DNA of 64,000 bases, taken from an uncultured Winogradskyella sp. (lineage in GTDB: Bacteria; Bacteroidota; Bacteroidia; Flavobacteriales; Flavobacteriaceae). Both the position numbers and the translations under genes were made by a program. The stretch spans positions 31,622 through 95,621 of the forward strand of contig NZ_CALGNH010000025.1 of assembly GCF_937958655.1 (NCBI RefSeq), in the 5' to 3' direction. The notes beneath the pieces were generated by a model. The model did no database searches and had not been told where the DNA came from. It saw only the letters and a program-made list of their open reading frames with translations. Within the stretch, counting starts at the first letter, position 1; every line of letters begins with the position of its first letter. Below, one piece after another: positions 52,068 through 60,734 of this stretch.

Positions 52068-54920
52068 ATGTCAGACCAAAAACGCCTCTTTTTAGTTGAT
52101 GCTTATGCCTTAATTTTTCGTGGCTATTATGCTTTTATAAAAAATCCGAGAATAAATTCTAAAGGTGAAGACACCTCTGCTATAATGGGCTTCATGAATT
52201 CGCTTTTAGATGTTATTAAACGCGAACGACCAGACCATTTAGCGGTTTGTTTTGATAAAGGCGGTAGTGTAGACCGCGTAGAAATGTTTGAAGCTTACAA
52301 AGCCAACAGGGACGAAACACCAGAAGGTATTAAGACTGCTATTCCCTATATACACGAGATTTTAAAAGCCATGCACATTCCTATAATGGTAAAAGAAGGT
52401 TATGAAGCTGATGATGTAATAGGTACACTATCTAGACAAGCAGAAAAAGAAGGTTACAAGGTATTTATGGTAACACCAGACAAGGATTTTGCGCAACTGG
52501 TAACCGATAATATTTTTATGTATCGCCCAGTATTTGGTGGTGGATATGAGACCTGGGGAATTCCTGAGGTACAAAAGAAATTTGAAGTTACTGACCCTTT
52601 ACAAGTCATTGACTTTTTAGGGATGATGGGAGACGCGTCTGATAATATTCCTGGCTTACCGGGCGTTGGTGAAAAAACAGCAAAAAAATTCTTAACACAG
52701 TTTGGCAGTATGGAAGGGCTTTTAGCCAATACAGACCAGTTAAAAGGCAAAATGAAAGAAAAAGTAGAAGCTAATGGAGAGCTTGGTCTTTTATCTAAAA
52801 AATTAGCCACCATAATGCTAGATGTACCTGTCGAATTCAATGCTAAGGATTTTACTCTAGACGAACCAGATATTGAAAAGGTAAAAGAAATTTTTCAGAA
52901 TTTAGAGTTTAGAAGACTTACAGATAATTTCCTAAAAACCTTTGCACCTCAAGAGGAATCGACTTCAGCTTCGTCTTCAAATTCGAGTTCAAATTCAAAA
53001 TCAAGTTCAAGTTCAACTTCAAAAGCTGCAGGAGCTGGTCAGTTTTCACTTTTTGGCACAAATAACTCCAATGAAATAGCTTCTGAAACCTCCGCTAACT
53101 TTGATAGAAAAACAGCCGAAACGACCTCTCATTTTTATCAAAGCATAGCGCCTGGCATGGCCACCAAGTTGTTTATTAAAAATTTAATGAACCAAACTTC
53201 GGTTTGTTTTGATACCGAAACCACAGGACTCAATCCACTAACAGCTGAGCTTGTTGGTATTGCTTTTTCTTGGGAAACTGGCAAAGGATTTTATTTGCCT
53301 TTTCCAGAACATAGAGACGAGGCACAAGCCCTTGTAGAAGACTTACGCCCATTTTTTGAAAATGAAAATATTGAAAAAATTGGTCAGAATCTTAAATACG
53401 ATATTAAGGTATTGGCAAAATACAATATCGATGTAAAAGGAAAATTATTTGACACCATGTTAGCGCATTATTTAATTAATCCAGATATGCGGCACAATAT
53501 GGACGTCTTAGCAGAAACATACCTCAATTATACTCCAATTTCTATTACTAAACTTCTTGGTAAAAAAGGAAAGAATCAGCTTTCGATGCGAGATGTGCCC
53601 TTAGATAAACAAACTGAATATGCCGTTGAAGATGCCGATATCACCTTACAACTTAAGGAACATTTTGAAAAAGAGTTAGGCGAAGCCAATACTAAAAAAT
53701 TATTTGATGACATTGAAGTACCTTTACTTAGAGTACTTGCAACTATGGAACTAGAGGGTATTAACCTAGATAAAGACTTTTTAGGCTCACTATCCGAGCA
53801 ATTAAATAACGACATTAATACGCTAGAAAAGCAGATTTACGACGCTGCTGGTGAAGAATTTAACATAGCCTCTCCTAAACAATTGGGTGTTATTTTATTT
53901 GAAAAAATGAAATTGGTAGACAAGCCAAAGAAAACCAAAACAGGGCAATATTCTACAGCAGAAGACGTACTTAGTTACCTCGCAAAAGACCATGATATTA
54001 TTCAGCAAATTTTAGAGTATAGAGGACTTTCAAAATTAAAGAGTACGTATGTTGATGCTTTACCGTTGCAAGTCGAAGAAAGCACAGGCAGAGTACATAC
54101 CGACTATATGCAAACCGTTGCAGCAACAGGGCGTTTAAGCAGTAATAATCCAAATTTACAGAATATCCCTATTCGTACAGAACGTGGTCGTCAAGTACGA
54201 AAAGCATTTATTCCTCGTAATGAAGATTACACTTTACTCGCTGCCGATTACTCACAAATAGAATTGAGAATCATTGCAGCCTTAAGTGAAGAAGAAACCA
54301 TGATTGAAGCGTTTAAAAATGGAAAAGATATCCATGCATCAACCGCTTCTCGTGTATTTAATGTTCCAATTAATGAAGTTACAAGAGAACAACGAAGCAA
54401 TGCCAAAACCGTCAACTTCGGAATAATTTATGGCGTCTCCGCATTTGGATTGAGTAACCAAACTGACTTATCACGCAGTGAGTCTAACGAGCTTATTGAG
54501 ACCTATTATTCCACCTACCCAAAACTTAAAGCTTATATGAGCAAACAAGTTGATTTTGCTAGAGACAATGGCTATGTGCAAACGGTTTTAGGACGTCGTC
54601 GCTATTTAAAAGACATTAATTCTCGTAATGCAGTCGTACGAGGAGCAGCAGAACGTAATGCGGTTAATGCGCCAATACAGGGAAGTGCTGCTGATATTAT
54701 TAAGATTGCAATGATTAATATTTATAACAAACTTCAATCTGGTAATTATAAATCTACAATGCTCTTACAAGTCCATGATGAACTGGTTTTTGACATCTAC
54801 AAACCAGAGTTAGAAACTATGAAAACCCTAATTAAATCTGAAATGGAAAACGCATATCAACTTTCCGTTCCTTTAGATGTCGATTTAGACATTGGTGATA
54901 ATTGGTTAGAGGCACATTAA
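52068..54920 (+). CDS. polA: DNA polymerase I
   Basis: 950 aa. 5' nuclease domain (LFLVDAYALIFR). 3'-5' exonuclease motif (CFDTETTGL). Polymerase motifs (LLAADYSQIELR, RSNAKTVNFGIIYG, QVHDELVF). A Ser-rich linker is present. Confidence 0.95.
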   Translation: MSDQKRLFLVDAYALIFRGYYAFIKNPRINSKGEDTSAIMGFMNSLLDVIKRERPDHLAVCFDKGGSVDRVEMFEAYKANRDETPEGIKTAIPYIHEILKAMHIPIMVKEGYEADDVIGTLSRQAEKEGYKVFMVTPDKDFAQLVTDNIFMYRPVFGGGYETWGIPEVQKKFEVTDPLQVIDFLGMMGDASDNIPGLPGVGEKTAKKFLTQFGSMEGLLANTDQLKGKMKEKVEANGELGLLSKKLATIMLDVPVEFNAKDFTLDEPDIEKVKEIFQNLEFRRLTDNFLKTFAPQEESTSASSSNSSSNSKSSSSSTSKAAGAGQFSLFGTNNSNEIASETSANFDRKTAETTSHFYQSIAPGMATKLFIKNLMNQTSVCFDTETTGLNPLTAELVGIAFSWETGKGFYLPFPEHRDEAQALVEDLRPFFENENIEKIGQNLKYDIKVLAKYNIDVKGKLFDTMLAHYLINPDMRHNMDVLAETYLNYTPISITKLLGKKGKNQLSMRDVPLDKQTEYAVEDADITLQLKEHFEKELGEANTKKLFDDIEVPLLRVLATMELEGINLDKDFLGSLSEQLNNDINTLEKQIYDAAGEEFNIASPKQLGVILFEKMKLVDKPKKTKTGQYSTAEDVLSYLAKDHDIIQQILEYRGLSKLKSTYVDALPLQVEESTGRVHTDYMQTVAATGRLSSNNPNLQNIPIRTERGRQVRKAFIPRNEDYTLLAADYSQIELRIIAALSEEETMIEAFKNGKDIHASTASRVFNVPINEVTREQRSNAKTVNFGIIYGVSAFGLSNQTDLSRSESNELIETYYSTYPKLKAYMSKQVDFARDNGYVQTVLGRRRYLKDINSRNAVVRGAAERNAVNAPIQGSAADIIKIAMINIYNKLQSGNYKSTMLLQVHDELVFDIYKPELETMKTLIKSEMENAYQLSVPLDVDLDIGDNWLEAH

Positions 54921-55020
54921 ATTCCCGTGAAAACGGAAATCTCATTCTTGATTCCTAAACTTATGAATTTTGCTCTTTTATTGTTATTTGAAATTTAGTT
55001 CTTGATATTTGCAATAGGTT

Positions 55021-55986
55021 ATGAGTATCATTTCAAAAGACATATCAAAAGCGGTTGAACTTCTTAATAAAGAAGAATTAGTAGCTATACCAACCGAAAC
55101 TGTGTACGGTTTGGCAGGGAATATTTTTTCAAAAAAGGCTATCGCTTCAATTTTTAAAACCAAACAACGTCCTAAATTTAATCCGTTAATTGTTCACATT
55201 CCAAATGTTGAATATTTAGATAAGATTGTAGAGCACATACCCGAAAAAGCAAAAGCATTGGCTAATGCCTTTTGGCCTGGCCCAATCACCTTAGTACTTA
55301 AAAAAAAGGCAAGCATTCCCGATTTAATTACCGCAGGAAAAGATACAGTTGCAGTACGCATTCCTAATCATCCTGTAAGTTTAAAATTATTAAGACAATT
55401 AGAGTTTCCGTTAGCTGCACCAAGTGCCAATCCGTTTAATCGTATTAGTCCTACATCTGCTCAGCATGTCGAAGATTATTTTAAAGACACTATTAAAATG
55501 GTATTAGATGGTGGTGTTTGTAAAAAGGGAATAGAGTCTACAATTATAGGCTTTAAAAATGAAGAACCTATTATCTATCGCTTAGGCTCAACATCTATTG
55601 AAGATATAGAACGCATTGTTGGGAAGATTGAAATCAAAAATCGAAAATCAAAAGTCGAAAACCCAGATGCGCCAGGTATGTTAGAACGGCACTATGCGCC
55701 AAAAACAAAAACGATTCTAACAAACGACCTTTCAAATTCTATAGAAGAATTTAAAAATCAACGCATTGGTGTATTACTTTATAATAATATTTTAAATGAC
55801 GAGGCCATTGACTTTAAAATTGTGTTGTCTGAAGACAATAATCTTGAAGAAGCCGCATCAAAACTGTATGATGCCCTACATCAATTAGATAAGCAAAATC
55901 TAGATATCATCATTGCAGAACAATTACCAGATTATGGCTTAGGAAAGTCTATAAATGATCGGTTAGAACGCGCTACTAAAAACTAA
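55021..55986 (+). CDS. tsaC: L-threonylcarbamoyladenylate synthase (Sua5/TsaC type)
   Basis: 321 aa. VAIPTETVYGLAGN, KQRPKFNPLIVH, and a Sua5-type C-terminal domain. Confidence 0.85.
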   Translation: MSIISKDISKAVELLNKEELVAIPTETVYGLAGNIFSKKAIASIFKTKQRPKFNPLIVHIPNVEYLDKIVEHIPEKAKALANAFWPGPITLVLKKKASIPDLITAGKDTVAVRIPNHPVSLKLLRQLEFPLAAPSANPFNRISPTSAQHVEDYFKDTIKMVLDGGVCKKGIESTIIGFKNEEPIIYRLGSTSIEDIERIVGKIEIKNRKSKVENPDAPGMLERHYAPKTKTILTNDLSNSIEEFKNQRIGVLLYNNILNDEAIDFKIVLSEDNNLEEAASKLYDALHQLDKQNLDIIIAEQLPDYGLGKSINDRLERATKN

Positions 55987-56042
55987 GGGTTATTTTTAAT
56001 TTAAAAGCAGTCCTTTTCAGCATAAAAAAACCACCGCTAAGG

Positions 56043-56073
56043 TTTGTCAATCCAATTAGTTATCGTAGATTTG
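56043..56073 (+). promoter_or_regulatory. Bacteroidota-type promoter for rplM-rpsI (-33 TTTG, -7 TAGATTTG)
   Basis: TTTG at 56043..56046 and TAGATTTG at 56066..56073, with a 19-nt spacer. It lies 69 nt upstream of the rplM GTG. Confidence 0.55.
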
Positions 56074-56142
56074 CAAACTCTTTTTTGGAAGAGAAATGTT
56101 TAATCTATTACGCAAATAAGCGTAATAACAAATCAAATTAGT

Positions 56143-56598
56143 GTGGATACATTAAGCTACAAAACAGTTTCTGCTAACAAAGCTACCGTTAATAAGGAGT
56201 GGGTTTTAGTAGATGCTGAAGGACAAACTTTAGGTCGCTTAGCTTCTAGAGTAGCAATACTTTTAAGAGGAAAGCACAAGCCTAACTTTACGCCACACGT
56301 TGATTGCGGTGATAACGTTATTGTTATAAACGCAGAAAAAATCAACTTAACTGGTAACAAATGGACAGATAAAAGTTATATCCGTCACACAGGTTATCCA
56401 GGTGGTCAAAGAAGCTTGACTGCTACTGAAATGTTTGAGAAAGACCCAAACAGATTGGTAGAAAAGTCAGTAAAAGGAATGTTACCTAAAAACAAATTAG
56501 GCGCTGTTCTTTTTAGAAACTTAACCGTTGTTTCTGGCACTGAGCACGCTCATGCAGCTCAAAAGCCAAAAGCAATTAAATTAAACGACATTAACTAA
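56143..56598 (+). CDS. rplM: 50S ribosomal protein L13
   Basis: 151 aa with a GTG start. ..[36 protein letters not shown]. Confidence 0.95.
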   Translation: MDTLSYKTVSANKATVNKEWVLVDAEGQTLGRLASRVAILLRGKHKPNFTPHVDCGDNVIVINAEKINLTGNKWTDKSYIRHTGYPGGQRSLTATEMFEKDPNRLVEKSVKGMLPKNKLGAVLFRNLTVVSGTEHAHAAQKPKAIKLNDIN

Positions 56599-56984
56599 TG
56601 GAAGTAATTCACAAAATTGGCCGTAGAAAGACGGCTGTTGCTCGTGTGTATGTTGCCAAAGGAAAAGGCAAAATCACGGTGAACAAAAAAGACATGGCGG
56701 AATACTTTACTACTGGAACACTTCAGTACAAAGTAAACCAACCTTTAGCCCTGACTAACAATGATGGCAACTTTGATATTACTGTTAACGTATATGGAGG
56801 TGGTATCACCGGCCAGGCAGAAGCAATACGTTTAGGCCTATCTCGTGCTATGTGCGAGCTAGATCCTGAAAACAGACTAGTATTAAAGCCAGAAGGTCTA
56901 TTAACTAGAGATCCAAGAATGGTAGAGCGTAAGAAATTCGGACAGAAGAAAGCGCGTAAGAAATTCCAGTTCTCTAAACGTTAA
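56598..56984 (+). CDS. rpsI: 30S ribosomal protein S9
   Basis: 128 aa. GRRKTAVARV.., ..GGGITGQAEAIRLG.., C-terminal ..KKARKKFQFSKR. TAATG overlap with rplM. Confidence 0.95.
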   Translation: MEVIHKIGRRKTAVARVYVAKGKGKITVNKKDMAEYFTTGTLQYKVNQPLALTNNDGNFDITVNVYGGGITGQAEAIRLGLSRAMCELDPENRLVLKPEGLLTRDPRMVERKKFGQKKARKKFQFSKR

Positions 56985-56990
56985 TATCCA

Positions 56991-57015
56991 ACACAATTTT
57001 TGGAATTTGTTTTTT
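56991..57015 (+). terminator. Weak candidate terminator after rpsI
   Basis: ACA(C)AATT-tttgg-AATTTGT is a bulged 7-bp stem, followed by TTTTT. Confidence 0.3.
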
Positions 57016-57026
57016 CAAGTTCCAAC

Positions 57027-57110
57027 TGTCACCTTGAGCGCAGTCGAAAGCTCTCGTAAAGATTTAGCTACGCTGAACTTAAAAGTTTATCGCCTACGCT
57101 CGAAATGACA
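57027..57110. repeat. 84-bp MITE/REP-like element with ~20-bp terminal inverted repeats
   Basis: TGTCACCTTGAGCGCAGTCG...CGCCTACGCTCGAAATGACA. The left end is related to 29281..29304 and to 35526..35549 (reverse complement). Confidence 0.6.
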
Positions 57111-57328
57111 GAGAAGATAAATTATCTTCAAACCGCCACTACCGAAACGTCGGTAGGCAATTTTATTGAAACTGCTGCATAGTGCAGCAAAATTAAAACC
57201 AGTTATTGTTGTCCACAATGGAAACATTGGGATTTAGTTTAGCATCTAAATGAGCTAACAGCCAACAGCATAAAGCTAACGGTTAAATAGAGCATTGCTA
57301 ATTCAACAGAACGTAAACTATTACAAAA

Positions 57329-58111
57329 ATGGAAAAAGTAGAAGTAAAAGAACTACTAGAAGCAGGTGTACACTTCGGTCACCTTACGCGTAAGTGGGAT
57401 CCAAATATGGCCCCTTACATTTATATGGAGCGCAATGGCATCCATATTATTAATCTTTACAAAACAGCAGCTAAAATTGAAGAAACTTGTGCAGCATTAA
57501 GTAAAATTGCAGCAGCAGGTAAGAAAATCTTATTTGTAGCTACTAAAAAACAAGCTAAAGACATCGTTGCTGAAAAAGCGGGTGGTATTAACCAACCTTA
57601 CATTACAGAGCGTTGGCCAGGTGGTATGTTAACTAACTTCGTTACTATTAGAAAAGCCGTTAAGAAAATGGCCTCTATTGATAGAATGAAGAAAGATGGT
57701 ACATTTAATTCTTTATCTAAAAAAGAACGCTTACAAGTAGATCGTCAGCGCGCTAAATTAGAAAAGAACTTAGGGTCTATTTCTGATATGACACGTTTAC
57801 CAGGCGCTTTATTTGTAGTAGATATTAAGCGCGAGCATATTGCTATTAAAGAAGCACAAAAATTAAATATCCCAATCTTTGCAATGGTAGATACTAACTC
57901 TGACCCACGTCAGGTAGATTATTTAATACCAGCAAACGATGATGCTTCTAAATCTATCAATAAAGTTTTATCTATCGTAGCCTCTGCTATTGAAGATGGC
58001 TTAAACGAAAGAAAAGCAGAGCGTGCAGAAAAAGATACTAAAGCAAAAGCTGAAGCTAAACCAGCTAAAAAAGCTGAACCAGCACCAGTAGCTGCTCAAG
58101 AAGAAGAATAA
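57329..58111 (+). CDS. rpsB: 30S ribosomal protein S2
   Basis: 260 aa. LLEAGVHFGH..RKW.P.M..YI, plus a Lys/Ala-rich tail. Confidence 0.95.
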   Translation: MEKVEVKELLEAGVHFGHLTRKWDPNMAPYIYMERNGIHIINLYKTAAKIEETCAALSKIAAAGKKILFVATKKQAKDIVAEKAGGINQPYITERWPGGMLTNFVTIRKAVKKMASIDRMKKDGTFNSLSKKERLQVDRQRAKLEKNLGSISDMTRLPGALFVVDIKREHIAIKEAQKLNIPIFAMVDTNSDPRQVDYLIPANDDASKSINKVLSIVASAIEDGLNERKAERAEKDTKAKAEAKPAKKAEPAPVAAQEEE

Positions 58112-58192
58112 ATAACATTTATACAATATTAAAAGTCATTTAATTCTTTTCAGATTGAAAATTAATTGAATGGCTTTTTAAATTTTAAAACT

Positions 58193-59167
58193 ATGGAAAA
58201 CACTGTAAAAATTACAGCAGCAGAAGTAAACAAGCTTAGAAAAGCAACTGGTGCTGGTATGATGGATTGTAAAAAAGCATTAGTTGAAGCTGGTGGTGAT
58301 TTTGATAAAGCCATTGAAGTTTTACGTAAAAAAGGACAAAAAGTTGCTGAAAAAAGAGCAGATAGAGACTCTTCTGAAGGTGCTGCTGTTGCAAAAGTTA
58401 ATGCTGATAATACATCTGGTGTTGCAATCGTATTAGGTTGCGAAACTGATTTTGTTGGTAAAAACGAAAACTTTGTAAAATTAGCTCACGATTTAGCTGA
58501 CGCTGCCTTAAACCACAACACTAAAGAAGAATTCTTAGCTGCTGATTTTGGTGGTATGACGGTTGCTGAAAAATTAATTGAGCAAACAGGAGTAATTGGT
58601 GAGAAATTAGACATTACTGCTTTTGAAAAATTGGATGCGCCTTTTGTTGGGCAGTACGTTCACATAAACAAAATTGCTGCTATTGTTGGCTTATCTGCTA
58701 AAGTTGATAATGCAGATGTTTTAGTTAAGGATATCGCAATGCAGGTTGCTTCTATGGGAGCAACAACATTATCTTATAAAGATTTTGATCCGGCTTATGT
58801 TGCTTCAGAAACTGAAGCACGTATTGCTGTAATCGAAAAAGATAATATAGAATTAGGACGTTTAGGTAAAACTTTAAAGAATGTACCTAAATATATCTCC
58901 ATGGCACAATTAACACCAGAAGCACTAGCTGAAGCTGAAGAAGCAGCTAAAGCAGAATTAAAAGCCGAAGGTAAGCCAGAGCAAATTTGGGATAGAATTT
59001 TACCAGGTAAAATGGAGCGTTTTATTTCTGACAATACAACTTTAGATCAAGAACAATGTTTATTAGATCAAAAGTTTATTAAAGACGAAAAGAAAACTGT
59101 TGCAGAATACGTTAAAACTTATGGTGACGTTGAAGTTATAGGATTTAAAAGAGCTACGGTTGGTTAA
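58193..59167 (+). CDS. tsf: Translation elongation factor Ts
   Basis: The start MENTVKITAAEVNKLRKATGAGMMDCKKAL at 58193 is preferred over the upstream TTG at 58166. Confidence 0.9.
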   Translation: MENTVKITAAEVNKLRKATGAGMMDCKKALVEAGGDFDKAIEVLRKKGQKVAEKRADRDSSEGAAVAKVNADNTSGVAIVLGCETDFVGKNENFVKLAHDLADAALNHNTKEEFLAADFGGMTVAEKLIEQTGVIGEKLDITAFEKLDAPFVGQYVHINKIAAIVGLSAKVDNADVLVKDIAMQVASMGATTLSYKDFDPAYVASETEARIAVIEKDNIELGRLGKTLKNVPKYISMAQLTPEALAEAEEAAKAELKAEGKPEQIWDRILPGKMERFISDNTTLDQEQCLLDQKFIKDEKKTVAEYVKTYGDVEVIGFKRATVG

Positions 59168-59197
59168 TTAAATCTTACATTTTAATAATTTAAAAAG

Positions 59198-59224
59198 CCT
59201 TTCAGTATTGAAAGGTTTTTTTTT
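59198..59224 (+). terminator. Rho-independent terminator after tsf
   Basis: CCTTTCA-gtat-TGAAAGG followed by T9. Confidence 0.8.
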
Positions 59225-59262
59225 GATATTTTTTTTCACTTTTACAGATGCTAATAATTATG

Positions 59263-59270
59263 TAGCTTTG
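59263..59270 (+). promoter_or_regulatory. Candidate -7 box (TAGCTTTG) for pyrH-frr
   Basis: Exact TAnnTTTG match, 21 nt upstream of the ATG at 59292. Confidence 0.4.
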
Positions 59271-59291
59271 TTCAACATTGAAAACTAATTA

Positions 59292-59999
59292 ATGAAGTAT
59301 AAAAGAATACTATTAAAATTATCTGGCGAAGCTTTAATGGGTGAGCGCCAATACGGCATTGACCCACAACGTTTAGCAGAATACGCCCAAGACATAAAAG
59401 AAATTATAAATTTAGGCGTAGAAGTAGCTATAGTAATTGGAGGAGGTAATATATTTAGAGGCGTTGCTGGCGCTAGTAATGGTATGGACCGTGTACAGGG
59501 AGACCACATGGGTATGTTAGCCACAGTAATCAATGGTTTAGCGCTACAAAGCGCATTAGAAGATGCTGAAATACCAACGCGTTTACAAACGGCAATTAAA
59601 ATAAACGAAGTCGCTGAACCTTTTATTAGACGTAAGGCTATGCGTCATCTCGATAAAGGACGTGTTGTTATTTTTGGAGGTGGTACAGGTAATCCTTACT
59701 TTACCACAGACTCTGCAGCAGTGCTTAGAGCTATTGAAATAGAAGCAGATGTCATTTTAAAAGGTACACGAGTTGATGGTATTTACACGGCAGACCCAGA
59801 AAAAGATAAGTCGGCTGTAAAATTTGATAACATTTCCTTTGACGATGTATTACGCAAGGGCTTAAAAGTTATGGATACAACAGCCTTTACCTTAAGTCAA
59901 GAAAATGAACTTCCGATCATAGTTTTTGATATGAATAAAAAAGGGAATCTGCTTAAAGTAATTTCTGGAGAAAATATAGGCACAGTAGTTAATCTTTAA
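59292..59999 (+). CDS. pyrH: UMP kinase
   Basis: 235 aa. [12 protein letters not shown].., [18 protein letters not shown]. Confidence 0.95.
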   Translation: MKYKRILLKLSGEALMGERQYGIDPQRLAEYAQDIKEIINLGVEVAIVIGGGNIFRGVAGASNGMDRVQGDHMGMLATVINGLALQSALEDAEIPTRLQTAIKINEVAEPFIRRKAMRHLDKGRVVIFGGGTGNPYFTTDSAAVLRAIEIEADVILKGTRVDGIYTADPEKDKSAVKFDNISFDDVLRKGLKVMDTTAFTLSQENELPIIVFDMNKKGNLLKVISGENIGTVVNL

Positions 60000-60042
60000 T
60001 TTATGGCTTAACTTTTGATGAGCAATTGTTAAAATAATAATT

Positions 60043-60597
60043 ATGAACGAGGATATAAAATTTATAATAGATACTGCTAAAGAAGCAATGGATAATGCTT
60101 TAAAGCATCTAGAAAAACAGTTAACAAATATTAGAGCTGGTAAAGCAAGTCCTGCAATGTTAGGTAGTGTTATGGTAGATTACTACGGCTCTCAAACACC
60201 ACTTAGCCAAGTAGCTAATGTTAATACACCAGATGGCAGAACTATTACTGTACAGCCTTGGGAAAAAAGTATGCTTCAAGAAATTGAACGTGGCATTATG
60301 GTTGCCAACATAGGTTTTAATCCTATGAATAATGGTGAAACAATTATTATAAATGTGCCGCCATTAACAGAGGAACGTCGTAAAGATCTTGCAAAGCAAG
60401 CTAAATCAGAAGCAGAAGATGCTAAGGTTGGTGTTAGAAACGCTCGTAAAGACGCCATGAATGACATCAAAAAAGTTGATGCCTCTGAGGATTTACAAAA
60501 AAATGCTGAAATAGATGTGCAAGAACTTACGGATTCTTACATTAAAAAAGTAGATCGCATTCTCGATGTTAAAGAAAACGAGATTATGACCGTATAG
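60043..60597 (+). CDS. frr: Ribosome recycling factor
   Basis: 184 aa. ..IRAGKASPAML..V.YYG..TPL.Q.A.., PPLTEERRKDL. Confidence 0.95.
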   Translation: MNEDIKFIIDTAKEAMDNALKHLEKQLTNIRAGKASPAMLGSVMVDYYGSQTPLSQVANVNTPDGRTITVQPWEKSMLQEIERGIMVANIGFNPMNNGETIIINVPPLTEERRKDLAKQAKSEAEDAKVGVRNARKDAMNDIKKVDASEDLQKNAEIDVQELTDSYIKKVDRILDVKENEIMTV

Positions 60598-60734
60598 CCA
60601 TGTCGTATAAAAATATTATTCTAACTTAATTTTAAATAAAGTTCAAACTCTATTTAAAAATTAAAGAATCTGAAACAATTACAGATTTTTTACGACTTAC
60701 AGCTTTGTTTTCTGTTTTTAATTAATCCATATCC

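Noticed and set aside
52951-53030. Possible CRISPR-like or minisatellite array in the TCA/TTC-rich tract
   Set aside because: It lies inside polA, in frame, and encodes a Ser-rich linker. There is no repeat-spacer architecture. No CRISPR array was seen anywhere in the window.
58166-58192. Upstream TTG start for tsf (MNGFLNFKT..)
   Set aside because: The conserved EF-Ts N-terminus begins at the ATG at 58193 (MENTVKITAAEVNKLR..). The extension has no counterpart in the EF-Ts proteins I know.
59285-59533. 82-aa minus-strand ORF over the pyrH start
   Set aside because: It is antisense to a highly conserved UMP kinase gene (shadow ORF).
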